Shown here piece by piece: positions 57,751 through 64,000 of a DNA stretch of 64,000 nucleotides. The stretch lies in contig JBBPEB010000009.1 of NCBI GenBank assembly GCA_039096225.1, positions 310,001-374,000 on the forward strand. Direction: 5' to 3'. The notes beneath the pieces were generated by a model, which saw only the letters and a list, made by a program, of their open reading frames with translations, searched no databases and was not told the origin of the DNA. The stretch comes from Blastocystis sp. Blastoise. Lineage: Eukaryota; Protista; Bigyra: Opalinata. The stretch's first letter is position 1. Every line of letters starts with the position of its first letter. Position numbers and translations under genes: made by a program.

Positions 57751-58756
57751 TAGAGACTTACAAAAAACCCGTGAAAGATTTTCACGGGTTTTAGAAAATT
57801 ACAGTCAAAAATCTTTCACGGGTTTTGAAACCCGTGAAAGATACTTATACCATATTAATCTGTTAATATTATATATATGATTTATTTGAATTGATGTTCA
57901 TATATTAGAATCGTTGTTATACTCATGTATATAATTTCTATAATTTAAATATCAAATTTTTTACTAAATGGGCTCATTTCATGCCCTTATACTAATGTTT
58001 TCTTCATTTTATCACAACAAAAATTTAACTAATTATTTTTGTACTTATAGAAAAGTAAAAAGAGTTGAAATCTATGTATAGAATAGATTTGTACAAATGA
58101 CTATTGATGCTTTACCAGCCAAATACAGGTTGATAGTTTTTAAATGTTTATTATATGTATAATATATTGAAGAATTAATAATAATAAACTTATTTGTGAG
58201 AACATTTTATCCTATTAAAAATAATAGATGAAAAGTTATTATATTATGTTTTTTATATCTAAGACACTTATTATATATTGAGTGGAACACTTTTCATTGT
58301 TTTATAAAAGAATAATTGTCTAAAGACAATAATTGAAGATATATTAATTAGTTATATTTCATCATATTTGACTAGATGTCTATATGTATAGCACGGAAAT
58401 ATTGATACAATTGAATAATAAACAACTTCATCTGAATATGATCCAACTTATATTATAAAAACGGAATAGATATCACACCTACATATTTATCTATTGCTCC
58501 TAAAGTCAAAATATGCAAATCAGAGAATCTAGAATCTTTGTTCATGAAGAAAAGCTAATGAATTGATAAAAAACTTATTCTTATCAAAATATTTTTCCTT
58601 TAATATGAAATTTCCATATATTAATTTATAACAAAGAACATCTTAATCGTTTACAACTCATATAAAGAGAGATATATAACAAAATAAAAACCCGTGAATT
58701 TCTTTCACGGGTTTTAAACCCGTGAAAGAATTTCACGGGTTTTTTGTAAGTCTCTA
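57751..58756. mobile_element. Non-autonomous hAT element (1006 bp) with 26-bp perfect TIRs and an 8-bp TSD GTTGTTTT
   Basis: TAGAGACTTACAAAAAACCCGTGAAA at both ends; TSD at 57743-57750 and 58757-58764; four AAACCCGTGAA motifs per end in alternating orientation; no coding capacity evident. Confidence 0.93.
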
Positions 58757-58846
58757 GTTGTTTTTCATTTTTCTCCAGAACTGAAATGACATTTGAAAAC
58801 TATTTGTTTTAACCATTTTACTCTCATCTTACTAGTATATAATCAA

Positions 58847-60710
<1,864 letters not shown>

Positions 60711-61412
60711 ATATTATATATAGTATAAATATATATGTATATTATGGATATAATAAATATTCTTTGAATGCTATTGTTATTATTATCTCTACACCACTTT
60801 TTCTTATTTTATTTCTATTTGTTTACTATTCATTTATTAACTGTTATTTACTTCATTCACCTCTGTTTTTAGTTATTATTCTACATTATATATATATATC
60901 ATTGTATTTATTCTAAATATTATACGACTATTCTTCATTTATTATTTTATTTATATCCTTTTTTATTTGTATTCAATTACTCTCTTCATTTTATGTATAA
61001 CATTGCATAATAAGAATAAATATAAAGTGGTTTTTCATTATCATTTTTCATATTTATTATTTTTTTGACTAATGCCGAGTTATTTATAATAAAATAAACT
61101 GTCAATATTTATCATTGAATAATTATAATAATATTTATTCAACTAAGGTATTGACTCAGAAAGCATATTTTATGATAATTAAATGTATTATTTTAAATTA
61201 AATGATTGTCATAGCATTCTTTTAAAAAACCAGAAAGAACAGAACTTTAAGAGATAGTTGAAAATAATAATTTATAATGAAATAACAATTATAATGTATA
61301 CAAACTTAATTATATGAAGAAAAGAAATGGAATACTAAAAAGTGAACTTGAAGAAAAAGGAAAAAAGAAAATACATTCATAAATAATATATATATATATT
61401 GACTATCTTACT

Positions 61413-62734
61413 CTACATGAAACGTAAGATTAATAATAATATAATAATCGTGATTATAAGATATAAAATCACTTTGATTTCCCAACAATCTATACATATA
61501 AATATATATAATAAATAATTATATCTAGTATTATAATATATATACTATTTGTTTTTAATAATCGTTGCACTTTGCCTCTAGCGACATCTAAATGAACTTG
61601 AGCAGTTTCAAAATGATTATCTAAATCATGAACCATCCTATATATATATATATTATATTATTTTTATTTATCAATATAAATTGTATTTCTAGTATTATTT
61701 TATTATTATTTATCTATATAAATATTATTTATACATGTAATATTATTCTATTATTATTTGTCAATATAAATATTATTTATATATGTAATGATAACTATAT
61801 ATATATATATATACAATGTTTGTTCATGAACTTCTCCATTGATATCAGTAGCAATATTATTTAATCGCGTTAATTGATCCCCCATTTCAACTAATACTTC
61901 ATCCTGAGCTTTTACTATCTCCTATAGATATATATTAATATAAGTATAATAATAATAATATATCAAATAATAATAAACATAATATAATAATAAATAATAA
62001 AATAAATATAATATATCCAATAATAATAAACATAATATAATAATAAATAATAAATAATAATATATCCAATAATAATAAACATAATAGAATAATAATAAAA
62101 TAAATAATAATATATCCAATAATAATAAATATAATATATACTTCTTGCTTCGCCTTTACACCTCTAATAAGTCCTGCCGTTTCTTCTTCATCTGCATCTT
62201 TAGCTTCTTTTAGCTTCTTCTTTAAATCTTTCTTAGCCTATATATAGAACATTGATACTATTAAAACTAATTAAAATAATATATATATATAAATTATTAA
62301 ATATTCCTATTCAAATGCTAATTAAAATATAAGAAATCATAAATAAATACCTCTTTTTGAGATTTTTCAAGAGCACTTTTCGTAGCATCCATATTATCTC
62401 GAATGGATTTCACAAGATCACGAACATCATTTAAATAGCTTTTTCTTCGTATTATCTCATCTGTATCAATATATTGTGCAGCATCCTTACTAATATGATG
62501 AGACTCCACATCACTAATGCATTTTTGTAACTCAGCTACTAACTCTTCCAATTCCTGAAGGTTCTGAAGCAACTTTTTTGTATCAATTCTAAACTGTGAT
62601 GTATATGCAATAGCACCTTTAGCAACAATTGTAGACCATTTCTCATATAATTCACGTGTGACTGAGAGACGATGCTCCAAATCTTCCCGAACGTAAAAGT
62701 AAGGATCTCCAGTAAAATCTTTAGACTTATTCAT
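61413..62734 (-). CDS. Syntaxin-6/Tlg1-like Qc-SNARE, 5 exons
   Basis: N-terminal DPYFYVRED...IDTDEIIRRKSY (syntaxin-6 N domain), SNARE helix QDEVL...EVHEQ, C-terminal TM. Confidence 0.85.
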
Positions 62735-62991
62735 TTAATAAAACATATAATATCCTTAATAATTTTTGAAACATTTTTAGCAAAAAAAATTAACTGACTT
62801 TTTTGTTTTATGTATTTTTATTATTTTAAGTATGAAGTGATATAGATTATATTCGAAAAAAATACAGTTTTGTAAACGTTCCACTTTTTTTTAATTTCAG
62901 GATCCATTTATATATCCTATATAGGTCTTATCATGGAGGAATCATTGATCATATGCATATAAATGTTAGATTTTGACTTTGATAATAAGTC

Positions 62992-63576
62992 ATGATAGAG
63001 TTTCCAAAGGATTTGGAAGAGTATGAGCAGTATATGCATGGAAAATGTTTATTTGGTCAAGAAATTCTGTTGTTCTATGATGGTGATGAGCAGAAGCCAT
63101 ATGTAGCTGTTGTAGGTCACAATAGAAAGGTGATACCGAAGGATATCGATACAAGAATCTTTTATCATTTGAGTGAAGATGCAGATAATCGAGGTGATAG
63201 CGATATTATGCAAGAATATCTTACTGATTTTTACTTTAATCCAGAGAATCATAAAATCTATGGAGGATATACAGATCCAGAATATGGTTTTGTTTCTATT
63301 ACTAGTTATTATTCTTCTTATGAAAGAAAATATTATAAATCAAATAGAAATGGTCCTCAACATCATGATAATATATGGAAACGATCTGAGTTGAAGATAC
63401 AATGTTCTGGTCATTTTAAAATTCATCCTCGATATCATACATTTACTATGCCCTCTGAGTACTTGCCTGATATCATATTAAATAATGAAGGAAAAACATT
63501 ATATCTCCGTTGGAATTGTAAAGTTAACAAACAAATTAAACTTTTTATAGATGGAATCGAAGTGATTTATGAATGA
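62992..63576 (+). CDS. Intronless hypothetical protein (194 aa)
   Basis: Complex-composition ORF with ATG and TGA; no family recognised. Confidence 0.65.
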   Translation: MIEFPKDLEEYEQYMHGKCLFGQEILLFYDGDEQKPYVAVVGHNRKVIPKDIDTRIFYHLSEDADNRGDSDIMQEYLTDFYFNPENHKIYGGYTDPEYGFVSITSYYSSYERKYYKSNRNGPQHHDNIWKRSELKIQCSGHFKIHPRYHTFTMPSEYLPDIILNNEGKTLYLRWNCKVNKQIKLFIDGIEVIYE

Positions 63577-63802
63577 AATAAATATTTAATTGTTTGGTTG
63601 TAATAAATAAATATAAATAAATAAATAAATATATATATATATATAGAAAAAAACCCTTTAACAAAACAATTTTTAACAATAAAACAAAGATCTTTGATAT
63701 ACATATATAGACGAATGATAAGTTCAGGAAATATAAAGAACATAAGAGAAATGACATATATATCTAGTTTTATATAGAAAATGAATAAGGTAGTACTTAT
63801 GT

Positions 63803-63859
63803 TTAATTAACTGTAAGAGGTTGTACAATTTGACAAGCACCAGTACCTGATTTAATAAC
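63803..63859 (-). CDS. Last exon of a probable RNA polymerase I largest subunit (gene continues beyond the window)
   Basis: TATATAG acceptor then VIKSGTGACQIVQPLTVN*, matching the conserved GTG-x-x-x-x-x-QPL C-terminus of RPA1. Confidence 0.6.
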   Translation of the reverse strand, partial: VIKSGTGACQIVQPLTVN

Positions 63860-64000
63860 CTATATAAAGAAATAGTAAAATTTTGATAGAATAATAATAA
63901 TAATAATATATAGAATATAATAATAATAAACATAATAATAAACATAAAAAATATAATAAACATAATAATAATAATAAACACAATAATAATAATAAATATA

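Noticed and set aside
57850-58680. Transposase remnant inside the non-autonomous element
   Set aside because: Only short stop-interrupted frames were found, with no recognisable hAT motifs.

Overview
Very AT-rich, intron-dense, gene-packed eukaryotic DNA. Most ORFs in the track are microsatellite read-throughs, so genes were rebuilt exon by exon from GT-AG junctions. The gene content (He_PIG/Ig-repeat surface protein, bacterial-type intronless hydrolase, TGTTTGTT motifs downstream of some genes) suggests a Blastocystis-like gut stramenopile; this is inference only. About 20 host genes or gene ends were found: TAF1B/Rrn7, CAF1, an alpha/beta hydrolase, a secreted protein of about 25 Cys-rich repeats, a Lunapark-like protein, GH20 hexosaminidase, a scramblase-like protein, two MFS transporters, a small F-box gene missed by the track, Rab7, a DRYG/W2 translation factor, uridine phosphorylase, an Ig-repeat surface protein, DHX16/Prp2, ArfGAP2/3, syntaxin-6, an orphan ORF, the last exon of a probable RPA1 and a poly-Asn gene end. 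Three observations stand out. (1) An apparently intact 4.8-kb hAT transposon has 1.08-kb inverted repeats that copy the upstream region and first exons of its transposase, creating a second convergent ORF for a 128-aa AT-hook protein. (2) A second, non-autonomous hAT element sits in a tiny divergent promoter. (3) Seven introns appear to lack a terminal G, and in every case the substituted base is the one present in the spliced mRNA; this is either unusual splice-site biology or an RNA-seq polishing artefact.
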